A stretch of DNA of 25,286 nucleotides from an uncultured Nitrospiraceae bacterium (GTDB lineage: Bacteria > Nitrospirota > Thermodesulfovibrionia > Thermodesulfovibrionales > Dissulfurispiraceae), in assembly GCA_947085205.1 (NCBI GenBank), contig CAMTVO010000008.1, forward strand, positions 1-25,286. The letters are read 5' to 3'. Positions 1 through 8,882 of this stretch are shown piece after piece. The notes below the pieces were generated by a model that saw only the letters and a program-made list of their open reading frames with translations, did not search any database and had not been told where the DNA came from. Made by a program: the position numbers and the translations under genes. Position 1 is the first letter of the stretch, and each line of letters opens with the position of its first letter.

Positions 1-102
1 ATGCTCATTTAAGACACATTTTATACTAAAACAGCAGTGTTTTTCAGCTTTTATTAAGAGTTCGGCAGATATGAAAAAGTGAGGGCAAATAAGGATTAAA
101 TA

Positions 103-130
103 AGGAAGAGGTGAGCAATCACCTCTTCCT
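103..130 (-). terminator. Intrinsic terminator-like hairpin overlapping the nifD stop
   Basis: Perfect 12-bp stem AGGAAGAGGTGA-(TTGC)-TCACCTCTTCCT on the minus strand, followed by TATTTAAT. Confidence 0.65.
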
Positions 131-1546
131 CCGTATCAAATCCCACGTAGGGCTATTTACAGTCATGTCCATATCCCTCGCAAACACTGGGAATCCGTCA
201 AAGCCGTGATACGGCCCCGAATAATCCCATGAATGCATCTGCCTGAAAGGCACTCCCATCTTGTGATAGGAATACTTCTCTTTAATTCCGGAGCCGACCA
301 TATCGGGCCTGAGCCTCCTTGTGAACTCCTCCATCTCGTAAAGAGTGGCGTCATCCATGATAACCGCGCCTTCCTTCATATCGGGGTATGTGCGCTTGTA
401 ATCGTCGTTATGTCCGAATTCGTAACCCGATGCAACAACCTCCATGCCGAGGTCTTCGTACGCTCCGATCGTATGCCTCGGCCTCAGGCCGCCGACATAG
501 AGCATCACCTTCTTGCCTTCAAGCCTTGGACGGTATGTTTCCACTATCTTGTCCATAACCGGTTTATACTTATCTATCATCTTCTCGGCGTTCTCTTTTA
601 TCCTGTCGTCGAAATAAGACGCTATCTTTCTGATGCTCTGGTATATCTTTGTAGGGCCGAAGAAATTGAACTCGACCCACGGGGTGCCGTATGTCTCTTC
701 CATGTGCCTGCAGATATAGTTCATCGACCTGTAACAGTGAACAAGGTTAAGCTTCGCCTTGTGAGCTATGCCCATCTCGTTAATGGAGGCGTCTCCTGTC
801 CACTGGGCGATGACCCTAAGCCCAAGCTCTTCGAGCATCTTTCTTGATGCCCATGCATCTCCGCCGATATTGTAATCTCCGATAAGGGCCACGTCGTACG
901 GAGTGGATTTATCGAGTTCTCCTTTGCCGAGGATATAATCCCTTATCGTATCGTTCGCGATATGATGGCCGAGAGACTGGCTCACGCCCCTGAAGCCCTC
1001 GCAGCGTACAGGCACTATGGGGATATCGAGTTCCTTGGACGCTGTTTTGGATACTGCCTCTATGTCGTCTCCGATAAGACCAACAGGACACTCCGAGAGT
1101 ATGCCCATGCTCTTTGCGAGCGGGAACAGCCCCTTTAATTCATGCAGCGCAGCATGCAGATTCTTGTCGCCGCCATACACGATATCCCTTTCCTGAAAGT
1201 CCGTTGTTATGTGCATGGTGCCGAAGGTATCGACTCCGGTCTGCCCGTTGTAATAGTTCCTGCGCGACCACCAGCTATACTGCCCGCAGCCTACCGGCCC
1301 GTGGCTGATCGTTACCTGGTCCTTTACCGGTCCCCATACAACGCCTTTCGCTCCGGCATAGGCGCATCCCCGAACAGTCATAACGCCCGGCCTCGATTTC
1401 ATATTGGATTTTACCTGGCATGTGCTGCACTGCCCGGTGGGATCGTTTGCAGCCAAATGCTTAGCCCTGTCCTTTTTGGTCTTTTCAGGATAGGCCTCCA
1501 GAACCTCTTCTATCATTTTCTGTGTATCTTTAATCGCAGTGCTCAT
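119..1546 (-). CDS. nifD: Nitrogenase MoFe protein alpha chain
   Basis: P-cluster Cys motifs RGCAYAG, HGPVGC and [13 protein letters not shown]; FeMo-co ligands HCYRS and QMHSWDY; GGLRPRH; AAGGAG RBS. Confidence 0.98.
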   Translation of the reverse strand: MSTAIKDTQKMIEEVLEAYPEKTKKDRAKHLAANDPTGQCSTCQVKSNMKSRPGVMTVRGCAYAGAKGVVWGPVKDQVTISHGPVGCGQYSWWSRRNYYNGQTGVDTFGTMHITTDFQERDIVYGGDKNLHAALHELKGLFPLAKSMGILSECPVGLIGDDIEAVSKTASKELDIPIVPVRCEGFRGVSQSLGHHIANDTIRDYILGKGELDKSTPYDVALIGDYNIGGDAWASRKMLEELGLRVIAQWTGDASINEMGIAHKAKLNLVHCYRSMNYICRHMEETYGTPWVEFNFFGPTKIYQSIRKIASYFDDRIKENAEKMIDKYKPVMDKIVETYRPRLEGKKVMLYVGGLRPRHTIGAYEDLGMEVVASGYEFGHNDDYKRTYPDMKEGAVIMDDATLYEMEEFTRRLRPDMVGSGIKEKYSYHKMGVPFRQMHSWDYSGPYHGFDGFPVFARDMDMTVNSPTWDLIRRKR

Positions 1547-1562
1547 ATTGTCTCCTTATGTT

Positions 1563-1590
1563 CAGTCGTTAGTGAATAGTATTTAGTGAA
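1563..1590. repeat. Degenerate heptamer array (YAGTGAA family)
   Basis: CAGTCGT TAGTGAA TAGTATT TAGTGAA. Confidence 0.6.
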
Positions 1591-1630
1591 CAAATTCTGT
1601 TATACATAACAACATAAATCTTGTGCAGTT

Positions 1631-1703
1631 TGTCATTGTCCGGCTCGACCGGACAATCCAGATTTGTTATTGCTGGATTCCCCGATCAAGTCGTGGAATG
1701 ACA
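1631..1703. repeat. REP/REPIN-like double-hairpin element
   Basis: TGTCATT...AATGACA termini; hairpin ATTGTCCGG-CTCGA-CCGGACAAT; AATCCAG/CTGGATT inner IR; second hairpin ATTCCCCGA-TCAAG-TCGTGGAAT. Confidence 0.85.
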
Positions 1704-1720
1704 TATTGTTGCTGACTTAT

Positions 1721-1748
1721 GACGCTATCTACCATTCACTGTTTACTG
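1721..1748. repeat. Degenerate heptamer array, inverted relative to 1563-1590
   Basis: GACGCTA TCTACCA TTCACTG TTTACTG. Confidence 0.5.
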
Positions 1749-1762
1749 TCGTTATGCTGTAG

Positions 1763-2662
<900 letters not shown>

Positions 2663-2734
2663 TCAATATTTGCTGATATTAAAAGGAAACTTGGGAATAC
2701 CGGCCGTTGCATCGGTTTTCCTTTATTACATTTA

Positions 2735-2750
2735 TGTCTCATTTGAAACA
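2735..2750. promoter_or_regulatory. NifA-type upstream activator sequence
   Basis: TGT-CTCATTTGAA-ACA (TGT-N10-ACA) about 80-90 bp upstream of the -24 box; near-match TGT-N10-AAA at 2764-2779. Confidence 0.8.
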
Positions 2751-2806
2751 AAATTGTTTGATATGTCTTATCTCGCAAAAAATTTGACAAACCGCCTATC
2801 AAATGT

Positions 2807-2932
2807 GGGGAGATGAGGGAGCATCGCGGCGAGGTGATGGAAAAACGCGGCGAGCGAAGAGAAAAGAGAGGTAAAATGCTGGAACAAAAAGGCGAAATGA
2901 TGCAGAAAAAGGCTGAAAAGATGCAAAATTAA
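2807..2932 (+). pseudogene. Heptad-repeat coiled-coil ORF remnant or small protein (ATG 2813, 39 aa)
   Basis: GEMREHR GEVMEKR GERREKR GKMLEQK GEMMQKK AEKMQN*, followed by a terminator; no well-spaced RBS. Confidence 0.6.
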
Positions 2933-2957
2933 TAGCTCCTGAAATATATTTTGTGTA

Positions 2958-2990
2958 TAAAAGCCCTGACATTGTCGGGGCTTTTATTTT
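2958..2990 (+). terminator. Intrinsic (probably bidirectional) terminator
   Basis: TAAAAGCCCTGACA-T-TGTCGGGGCTTTTATTTT. Confidence 0.8.
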
Positions 2991-2993
2991 GAA

Positions 2994-3027
2994 TTGACAA
3001 ATGCATTGCAATGCGTTACTATGCATT
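2994..3027 (+). promoter_or_regulatory. sigma70 promoter and putative operator of the TA operon
   Basis: TTGACA(2994)-17 nt-TACTAT(3017); palindrome GCATTGCAATGC (3003-3014) in the spacer; ATGCATT repeated at 3001 and 3021. Confidence 0.8.
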
Positions 3028-3047
3028 ATTAAGATTTAAGGAGGCGT

Positions 3048-3311
3048 ATGGATATGCAATCCCAGTTAACAGTCAGACTCTCAGACAACCTTGATAGGAA
3101 CGTTTCGAGCCTTGCGAAAAAGCTCCGTCTTAAACGCTCGGATATCGTAAGAATGGCCCTGGAAAAATTCATGGAAGAGTTTCATCTGGAAGAGAAAAAC
3201 AGGCCGTATGATAAGGTTAAAAACCTCATCGGAACTATTTCCAGCGGCATTTCTGACCTCGGAGAAGCGCACAGGGAACATCTATTAAAAAAGTTCAGAA
3301 AAAATGCATAG
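3048..3311 (+). CDS. Ribbon-helix-helix (CopG-like) antitoxin
   Basis: QLTVRLSDNL...KRSDIVRMALEKF RHH pattern; AAGGAGG RBS; overlaps the PIN gene. Confidence 0.85.
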   Translation: MDMQSQLTVRLSDNLDRNVSSLAKKLRLKRSDIVRMALEKFMEEFHLEEKNRPYDKVKNLIGTISSGISDLGEAHREHLLKKFRKNA

Positions 3312-3717
3312 TGTTCTTTTAGACACAGGCGCTCTTGTCGCCCTCCTTGACAAGGATGAAGAGAATCACCACAAATGTGTGGAGTTCTTAAAGGACTTCA
3401 AGGGCAAACTCCTTACAACCGAACCGGTACTTTCAGAAGCAGTTTATCTTCTCGGCCCATCGGTCAAAGCACAAAAAATCTGCATCGAATTTATATCAAA
3501 AGGCGGGGCTACCCTTGTGCCCCAATCGCCGGAAAGCCTTTCACGGGCAATTATACGAATGGAAAAGTATAAAGACATACCAATGGACTTTGCCGATGCG
3601 ACACTTGTCACTCTTGCAGAGGAGACAGGAATTGATGAGGTTTTTACGCTTGATATTAGGGGATTCAGCGCGTATCGGATTCATGGGAAGAAGGGGTTTA
3701 AGATATGTCCGGATTGA
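3304..3717 (+). CDS. vapC: PIN-domain (VapC-family) toxin
   Basis: VLLDTGALVA, TTEPVLSEA, MDFADATLV, VFTLD acidic tetrad. Confidence 0.88.
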   Translation: MHSVLLDTGALVALLDKDEENHHKCVEFLKDFKGKLLTTEPVLSEAVYLLGPSVKAQKICIEFISKGGATLVPQSPESLSRAIIRMEKYKDIPMDFADATLVTLAEETGIDEVFTLDIRGFSAYRIHGKKGFKICPD

Positions 3718-3754
3718 TCTCAAACATCCTTTAGTGCAACAGAGCGGCAGAGCA

Positions 3755-3785
3755 AGCAGTAAACAATTACTGCTCACTGTTCACT
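3755..3785. repeat. Hairpin plus heptamer array (TCACTG family)
   Basis: AGCAGTAA-ACAA-TTACTGCT stem continuing as TTACTGC TCACTGT TCACT. Confidence 0.65.
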
Positions 3786-3844
3786 AAACACAATTATAGA
3801 AGTCTTTGTTGGCGGCAGGGTTATAGAGGTTGCACAGGGAGTTC

Positions 3845-3853
3845 TGTTATAAT
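3845..3853 (+). promoter_or_regulatory. Extended -10 promoter, probable leaderless transcript
   Basis: TGtTATAAT located 5 nt before ATG 3859, with no SD between. Confidence 0.65.
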
Positions 3854-3858
3854 CCTCC

Positions 3859-5130
3859 ATGCGCTTCATTGCCGACCTCCACATCCATTCAAAGTATTCA
3901 CGCGCGACCAGCAAGGACATGTCCCCTGAAAGCATCTGGAGATGGGCTCAGATTAAAGGGATTTCTGTAATAGGCACGGGAGACTTTACACATCCGAAAT
4001 GGTTTAAAGAACTGAATGAAAAACTTGAATCTACTGGCAACGGGCTATTCATACTGAGAAAGGAATTCACGACAGACGACATCCATGATTCATGCAGGGC
4101 GGATGTCTCTTTCATGCTCTCTGCGGAGATAAGCTGCATTTACGGCAAGAACAAAAAAACACGCAAGGTGCATTCGATCATATTCGCACCTGATTTTTCA
4201 GCAGCCGCAAAATTAAATATTGCGCTGTCAAAGATCGGCAACCTCAATGCCGACGGACGGCCTATACTCGGGCTCGATGTAAAGGAGCTTTTGAAAATTG
4301 TTCTCGAAGCATCTCCAGATGCCATGCTCGTCCCGGCTCATGCGTGGACTCCGCACTTTTCTGTATTCGGCGCTGAATCGGGCTTTGACAGCCGTGAAGA
4401 ATGCTTTGAAGAATTGACCCCTTATATTTATGCAATCGAAACAGGATTGTCATCAGACCCTTTCATGAACTGGCGGCTTTCGGCGCTCGACAAAATAACG
4501 CTTATCTCTAATTCAGACGCGCACTCTCCCGCCAAAATCGGACGGGAGGCGAATATATTCGACACCGAGATTTCATATAAGGCAATGATGGAAGCGATAA
4601 AGACAAAAAAGGGATTTATCGGAACAATAGAATTTTTTCCTGAGGAGGGTAAATATCATTATGACGGGCATAGGACATGCGGCATAAGCCTAACACCCAA
4701 AGAGACCTTAAAACATAACTATCTCTGCCCGGTTTGCGGCAAGAGGGTTACTGTAGGCGTAATGCACAGGATCGAAAAATTAGCTGACAGGGATGAAGGT
4801 TTCAAGCCAAAAGGCTCTCCCTCTTTTCATTCAATCATTCCTTTGCCCGAAATAATCGCGGAGGTCTTGAAAGTTGGTCCAAACAGTAAGGCAGTGGATA
4901 AGGAATATCAAAACCTTCTTCAAAAGCTCGGTAGCGAATTTAAAATTCTCATGGACGTACCACTTGATGATATTGAAAAGGCAGGCTCTCCCCTTATCAG
5001 AGAAGCAATATCACGAATGCGCAAAGGCGATGTGCATATAGTACCGGGCTTTGATGGCGAATACGGAAAGATAAAGATATTCGAGGCGGTAGAGCGAAAA
5101 GAGATCAAAGGGCAGTCAATGCTTTTTTGA
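3859..5130 (+). CDS. Endonuclease Q-like PHP-domain protein with Zn finger
   Basis: ADLHIHSKYSRATS, GTGDFTHP, PAHAWTP, SNSDAHS, GKYHYDGHRTC...CPVCG, PGFDGEYG. Confidence 0.88.
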   Translation: MRFIADLHIHSKYSRATSKDMSPESIWRWAQIKGISVIGTGDFTHPKWFKELNEKLESTGNGLFILRKEFTTDDIHDSCRADVSFMLSAEISCIYGKNKKTRKVHSIIFAPDFSAAAKLNIALSKIGNLNADGRPILGLDVKELLKIVLEASPDAMLVPAHAWTPHFSVFGAESGFDSREECFEELTPYIYAIETGLSSDPFMNWRLSALDKITLISNSDAHSPAKIGREANIFDTEISYKAMMEAIKTKKGFIGTIEFFPEEGKYHYDGHRTCGISLTPKETLKHNYLCPVCGKRVTVGVMHRIEKLADRDEGFKPKGSPSFHSIIPLPEIIAEVLKVGPNSKAVDKEYQNLLQKLGSEFKILMDVPLDDIEKAGSPLIREAISRMRKGDVHIVPGFDGEYGKIKIFEAVERKEIKGQSMLF

Positions 5131-5159
5131 TAAACCGAACAATATTGAGGAGATAAGAC

Positions 5160-5516
5160 ATGGATCAAAAGAAATTATTCTTAAGGGTGAAGTATAAGAC
5201 CGATAATGAAAAGCTTACTATCAACTCCCAGATGTACTTTATTGCAGACACCGCGGTTTTTACAGTAACCTCTCTTGTTAACCAGAAATGCTCTCTCATG
5301 ATGGCATGGCTTGAAGGGGAGACGCTCAAGACAAAGGTTTTGTACGAACCCCAATCCCCTGTTTCCATAAGTAAGGTTATAGCAAACAAGGAAAAAGAAG
5401 CGATGCTTATAATGATCCCTGATGGTACAATTGTTGTCATATCATCCAAAAATCCAAAAGAATGTACACCCCAGATTATAAAGCAGCAGGCAAAAACAGT
5501 GAGCAGTGAGCTTTAG
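5160..5516 (+). CDS. Hypothetical protein (118 aa)
   Basis: GAGGAG RBS; fills the gap co-directionally; no recognised motif. Confidence 0.7.
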   Translation: MDQKKLFLRVKYKTDNEKLTINSQMYFIADTAVFTVTSLVNQKCSLMMAWLEGETLKTKVLYEPQSPVSISKVIANKEKEAMLIMIPDGTIVVISSKNPKECTPQIIKQQAKTVSSEL

Positions 5517-5554
5517 TTCTTCTATATTCTGTCTTCTGTGTTCTGTTTTCAGAT
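5497..5554. repeat. Two heptamer arrays
   Basis: CAGTGAG x2 (5497-5510); TTCTATA TTCTGTC TTCTGTG TTCTGTT TTCAGAT (5520-5554). Confidence 0.7.
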
Positions 5555-5555
5555 T

Positions 5556-5609
5556 GTTGAGGAGGTCGTAAGGATAAGGACAGGCGAGACAGGGGAATCG
5601 GCAATATGA
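5556..5609 (+). pseudogene. C-terminal remnant of a second P-II (GlnB/GlnK) gene
   Basis: Translates VEEVVRIRTGETGESAI*, compared with [17 protein letters not shown] in the intact glnB. Confidence 0.85.
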
Positions 5610-5610
5610 C

Positions 5611-5658
5611 AATATGCCTAATTATTGGGCAGTCTTATGCCTGATAATTAGGCATATT
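5611..5658. promoter_or_regulatory. Tandem NtrC-like enhancer sites
   Basis: TGCC-N9-GGCA at 5615-5631 and 5638-5654; together they form a perfect 15-bp IR (5611-5625/5644-5658). Confidence 0.7.
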
Positions 5659-5705
5659 ATTTTGTTTGTCAAACAAAAGTCTTTATTTTTCAATTATCCG
5701 ACTGA

Positions 5706-5721
5706 TGGCATATTAGTTGCA
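5706..5721 (+). promoter_or_regulatory. sigma54 promoter of the GATase-glnB-glnA operon
   Basis: TGGCAT-ATTAG-TTGCA. Confidence 0.88.
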
Positions 5722-5732
5722 AAGAATTAACC

Positions 5733-6425
5733 ATGCCCGTCTTAATCTGCAAAAATATAGAAACGGAAGGCCCTGGAACAATTGAGGATTTCCTCAAGAC
5801 AAAGGGTATTCCGTATAAAATCGTTGATTTGTCCAAAGGCGAGGATATCCCTGAAACTAAAGAATCTGATACCCTTCTTATGATGGGCGGCCCAATGAGC
5901 GTAAACGAGGATGACATCTATCCTTACATAAAGAAAGAAGAAGCTTTAGTCAGAGCGTTTATAGCAGACGGCAAAAGGGTTTTGGGCGTATGTCTCGGAG
6001 CGCAGATTATGGCAAAGGCATTGGGTTCAAGGGTCTATAAAGGCAAGGAGCAGGAGATAGGGTGGCACGATATAGAGCTTACACCGGATGGTATAAAAGA
6101 CCCTCTTATGATGAAGCTTGCAGCGCACCCCTATGTGGGTGACATCTGGAAGAGATTTAAGGTCTTTCATTGGCACGGGGAGACCTTTGATATTCCAGAA
6201 GGCGCGGTAAGGCTTGCGGGCTCGGAGCTTTATCGCAATCAGGCATTCAATTACGGCGGCAAGGCATATGCCTTTCAGTTTCATATTGAAGTGACGCGAG
6301 AGATGGTATATGATTGGTTGAAGGCTGAGGATATAGACCATCAAAGGCTCAAGACAGAGACCGAAAAAATCTATGAAGTCTATCACGGCAGGGCGTGGAA
6401 TTTTTATGAAGCGTTTTTTCAGTGA
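5733..6425 (+). CDS. Class I glutamine amidotransferase-like protein
   Basis: MGGPMS, GVCLGAQ nucleophile, FHWHGETF, FQFHIE (Cys-His-Glu triad). Confidence 0.92.
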   Translation: MPVLICKNIETEGPGTIEDFLKTKGIPYKIVDLSKGEDIPETKESDTLLMMGGPMSVNEDDIYPYIKKEEALVRAFIADGKRVLGVCLGAQIMAKALGSRVYKGKEQEIGWHDIELTPDGIKDPLMMKLAAHPYVGDIWKRFKVFHWHGETFDIPEGAVRLAGSELYRNQAFNYGGKAYAFQFHIEVTREMVYDWLKAEDIDHQRLKTETEKIYEVYHGRAWNFYEAFFQ

Positions 6426-6456
6426 ACAGTGAACAGTGAACAGTTTACTGCTTACT
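6420..6456. repeat. Heptamer array with inverted partner, contains the GATase stop
   Basis: CAGTGAA x3 CAGT, then TTACTGC TTACT. Confidence 0.8.
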
Positions 6457-6470
6457 AAACGAGGAGGTGA

Positions 6471-6812
<342 letters not shown>

Positions 6813-6831
6813 AATAAAGAGGAGGAGAAGC

Positions 6832-8244
6832 ATGACACCGAAGGATGTAATCAAGATGGCTCAGGAAAACAAGGCGGTTATGGCAAACTTCAAGTTTCTT
6901 GATTTTCCGGGAATCTGGCAGCATTTTGCTGTGCCGGTAGCAGAATTGAAGGAGGAGATATTTGAGGAGGGTCTTGGTTTTGACGGCTCATCCATAAGGG
7001 GATGGCAGGCGATTCATACATCTGATATGTTGATTATTCCCGACCCGACAACAGCATTTATGGATCCCTTTATGGAATATCCCACAATAAGCCTTATCTG
7101 CAATATAGTTGACCCGATAACAAAAGAGTTTTACTCAAGGGACCCGAGATATATTGCACAAAAGGCTGAGGCATATCTCAAGTCAACAGGAATAGGAGAT
7201 ACAGCATACTTCGGGCCGGAGGCTGAATTCTTTATCTTTGACGGCATAAGGTTTGACCAGAATGCGCACAGCGGGTACTATTTCATAGACTCTGTCGAGG
7301 GTATCTGGAACTCAGGCCGTGAGGAAAATCCGAACTTAGGCTACAAGCCGAGGCACAAAGAAGGTTATTTCCCTGTCCCGCCGACAGACAGTCAGGTGAA
7401 TCTCAGGACAGAAATGGTTATGGAGATGCAGAAGGCCGGTATATATGTAGAAAGGGAGCACCACGAGGTCGCAACAGCAGGTCAGGCAGAGATAGACATG
7501 AGGTTTGACTCGCTCGTCAAGATGTCTGACAAGAACATGCTCTTTAAATACATAATCAAGAATGTTGCAAGAAGGCACGGCAAAACAGTAACATTCATGC
7601 CCAAACCAATATTCGGTGACAACGGCTCAGGTATGCATGTCCATCAGAGCATATGGAAAGGCGGAAAGCCTCTCTTTGCAGGAAACGGCTATGCAGGCTT
7701 GAGCGAAATGGCACTCTACTATGTCGGTGGAATATTAAAGCATGCAAAGGCGCTTGCAGCAATAACCAATCCGACAACAAACTCCTATAAGAGGCTGACA
7801 CCAGGATTTGAGGCTCCTGTCAATCTCGCATACTCTGCAAGAAACCGTTCGGCTTCCATAAGGATACCGACATATTCAGCAAGCCCGAAAGCAAAGAGAA
7901 TAGAGGTCAGATTCCCTGACCCTTCATGTAATACATACCTTGCTTTTGCAGCAATGATGATGGCGGGATTGGACGGCATAGAGAATAAGATACATCCGGG
8001 CGAGCCCCTTGACAAGGACATTTACGAGCTTGGCCCAGAGGAACTTGCATCGGTTCCGACAATGCCGGGAACCCTTGAGGAGGCTCTGAATCACCTCGAA
8101 GAAGACCATGAGTTTCTGCTGAAAGGCAATGTCTTTACAGAGGATGCAATTGAGACATGGATAAACTATAAGAGGACAAGGGAAGTGGATGCATTGAGGT
8201 TAAGGCCGCATCCTTATGAGTTCTTCCTGTACTACGATATTTAA
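6832..8244 (+). CDS. glnA: Glutamine synthetase type I
   Basis: [46 protein letters not shown]; adenylylation-site-like DKDIYEL. Confidence 0.98.
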   Translation: MTPKDVIKMAQENKAVMANFKFLDFPGIWQHFAVPVAELKEEIFEEGLGFDGSSIRGWQAIHTSDMLIIPDPTTAFMDPFMEYPTISLICNIVDPITKEFYSRDPRYIAQKAEAYLKSTGIGDTAYFGPEAEFFIFDGIRFDQNAHSGYYFIDSVEGIWNSGREENPNLGYKPRHKEGYFPVPPTDSQVNLRTEMVMEMQKAGIYVEREHHEVATAGQAEIDMRFDSLVKMSDKNMLFKYIIKNVARRHGKTVTFMPKPIFGDNGSGMHVHQSIWKGGKPLFAGNGYAGLSEMALYYVGGILKHAKALAAITNPTTNSYKRLTPGFEAPVNLAYSARNRSASIRIPTYSASPKAKRIEVRFPDPSCNTYLAFAAMMMAGLDGIENKIHPGEPLDKDIYELGPEELASVPTMPGTLEEALNHLEEDHEFLLKGNVFTEDAIETWINYKRTREVDALRLRPHPYEFFLYYDI

Positions 8245-8309
8245 AATCAGGCAATACATCAGGCTATAGGCTGGGAGGGTGAAGGAGGGGCAAAGGTCAA
8301 AAAGCTATA

Positions 8310-8846
8310 TTATTCTAATGCCTTTGTCCCTCCCAATCCTGATGCCTCGAGCATAAGTGTATCGTCCGACTTCCCTAAAAGCCTGTCCATGTCAAGGAGT
8401 ATTATGAGCCTGTCTTCGAGCTTTGCTATGCCCTTTATAAACTCTGTGCTTATGTTCGATGCCATGGGAGGTGTTGGCTCCACTATGCTTGAAGGCACCC
8501 TCAATACCTCCGATACAGAATCAACCACAAGCCCCATGGTAATGCCCTGTATGTCCATTATCATTATCCTTGACTGTTCGTCATTGTCTTTTTCTGCAAG
8601 GCCGAATTTCTTTCTCAGGTTCACCACGGGTATTACTTTGCCTCTGAGGTTTATTACCCCTTCTACATAAGGCGGTGAATTTGGTACCCTCGTAATCTCT
8701 TTCATCCTGTTTATTTCTTGCACTTTCAGGATATCCACCGCATACTCTTCGTTTCCGAGGGTAAAGGTCACAAGCTGTAATATCTCATCTCCTCCGGATG
8801 TTTTTATGACATCTGTTTTACCTGATACTGATATTACTTTGCTCAT
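8310..8846 (-). CDS. cheW: Chemotaxis coupling protein CheW
   Basis: LVTFTLGNEEYAVDILKVQEI, GVINLRGKVIPV, GLVVDSVSEV. Confidence 0.95.
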   Translation of the reverse strand: MSKVISVSGKTDVIKTSGGDEILQLVTFTLGNEEYAVDILKVQEINRMKEITRVPNSPPYVEGVINLRGKVIPVVNLRKKFGLAEKDNDEQSRIMIMDIQGITMGLVVDSVSEVLRVPSSIVEPTPPMASNISTEFIKGIAKLEDRLIILLDMDRLLGKSDDTLMLEASGLGGTKALE

Positions 8847-8858
8847 CTTAAACCTCCT

Positions 8859-8882
8859 CTAACTCATTAACTCCCTAACTTT
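8859..8882. repeat. Octamer array between MCP and cheW
   Basis: CTAACTCA TTAACTCC CTAACTTT. Confidence 0.6.

Noticed and set aside
233..1579. Plus-strand ORFs of 204, 64 and 145 aa
   Set aside because: Antisense shadows of nifD.
2784..2812. TTGACA as a promoter for the heptad mini-ORF
   Set aside because: No -10 element at 16-18 nt spacing.
2799..3026. 75-aa minus-strand ORF
   Set aside because: It crosses a terminator and the TA promoter, and is the antisense shadow of the heptad ORF.
3859..5130. Calling this gene a UvrD helicase
   Set aside because: Only the PHP/Zn-finger EndoQ-like part is present; no helicase Walker motifs.
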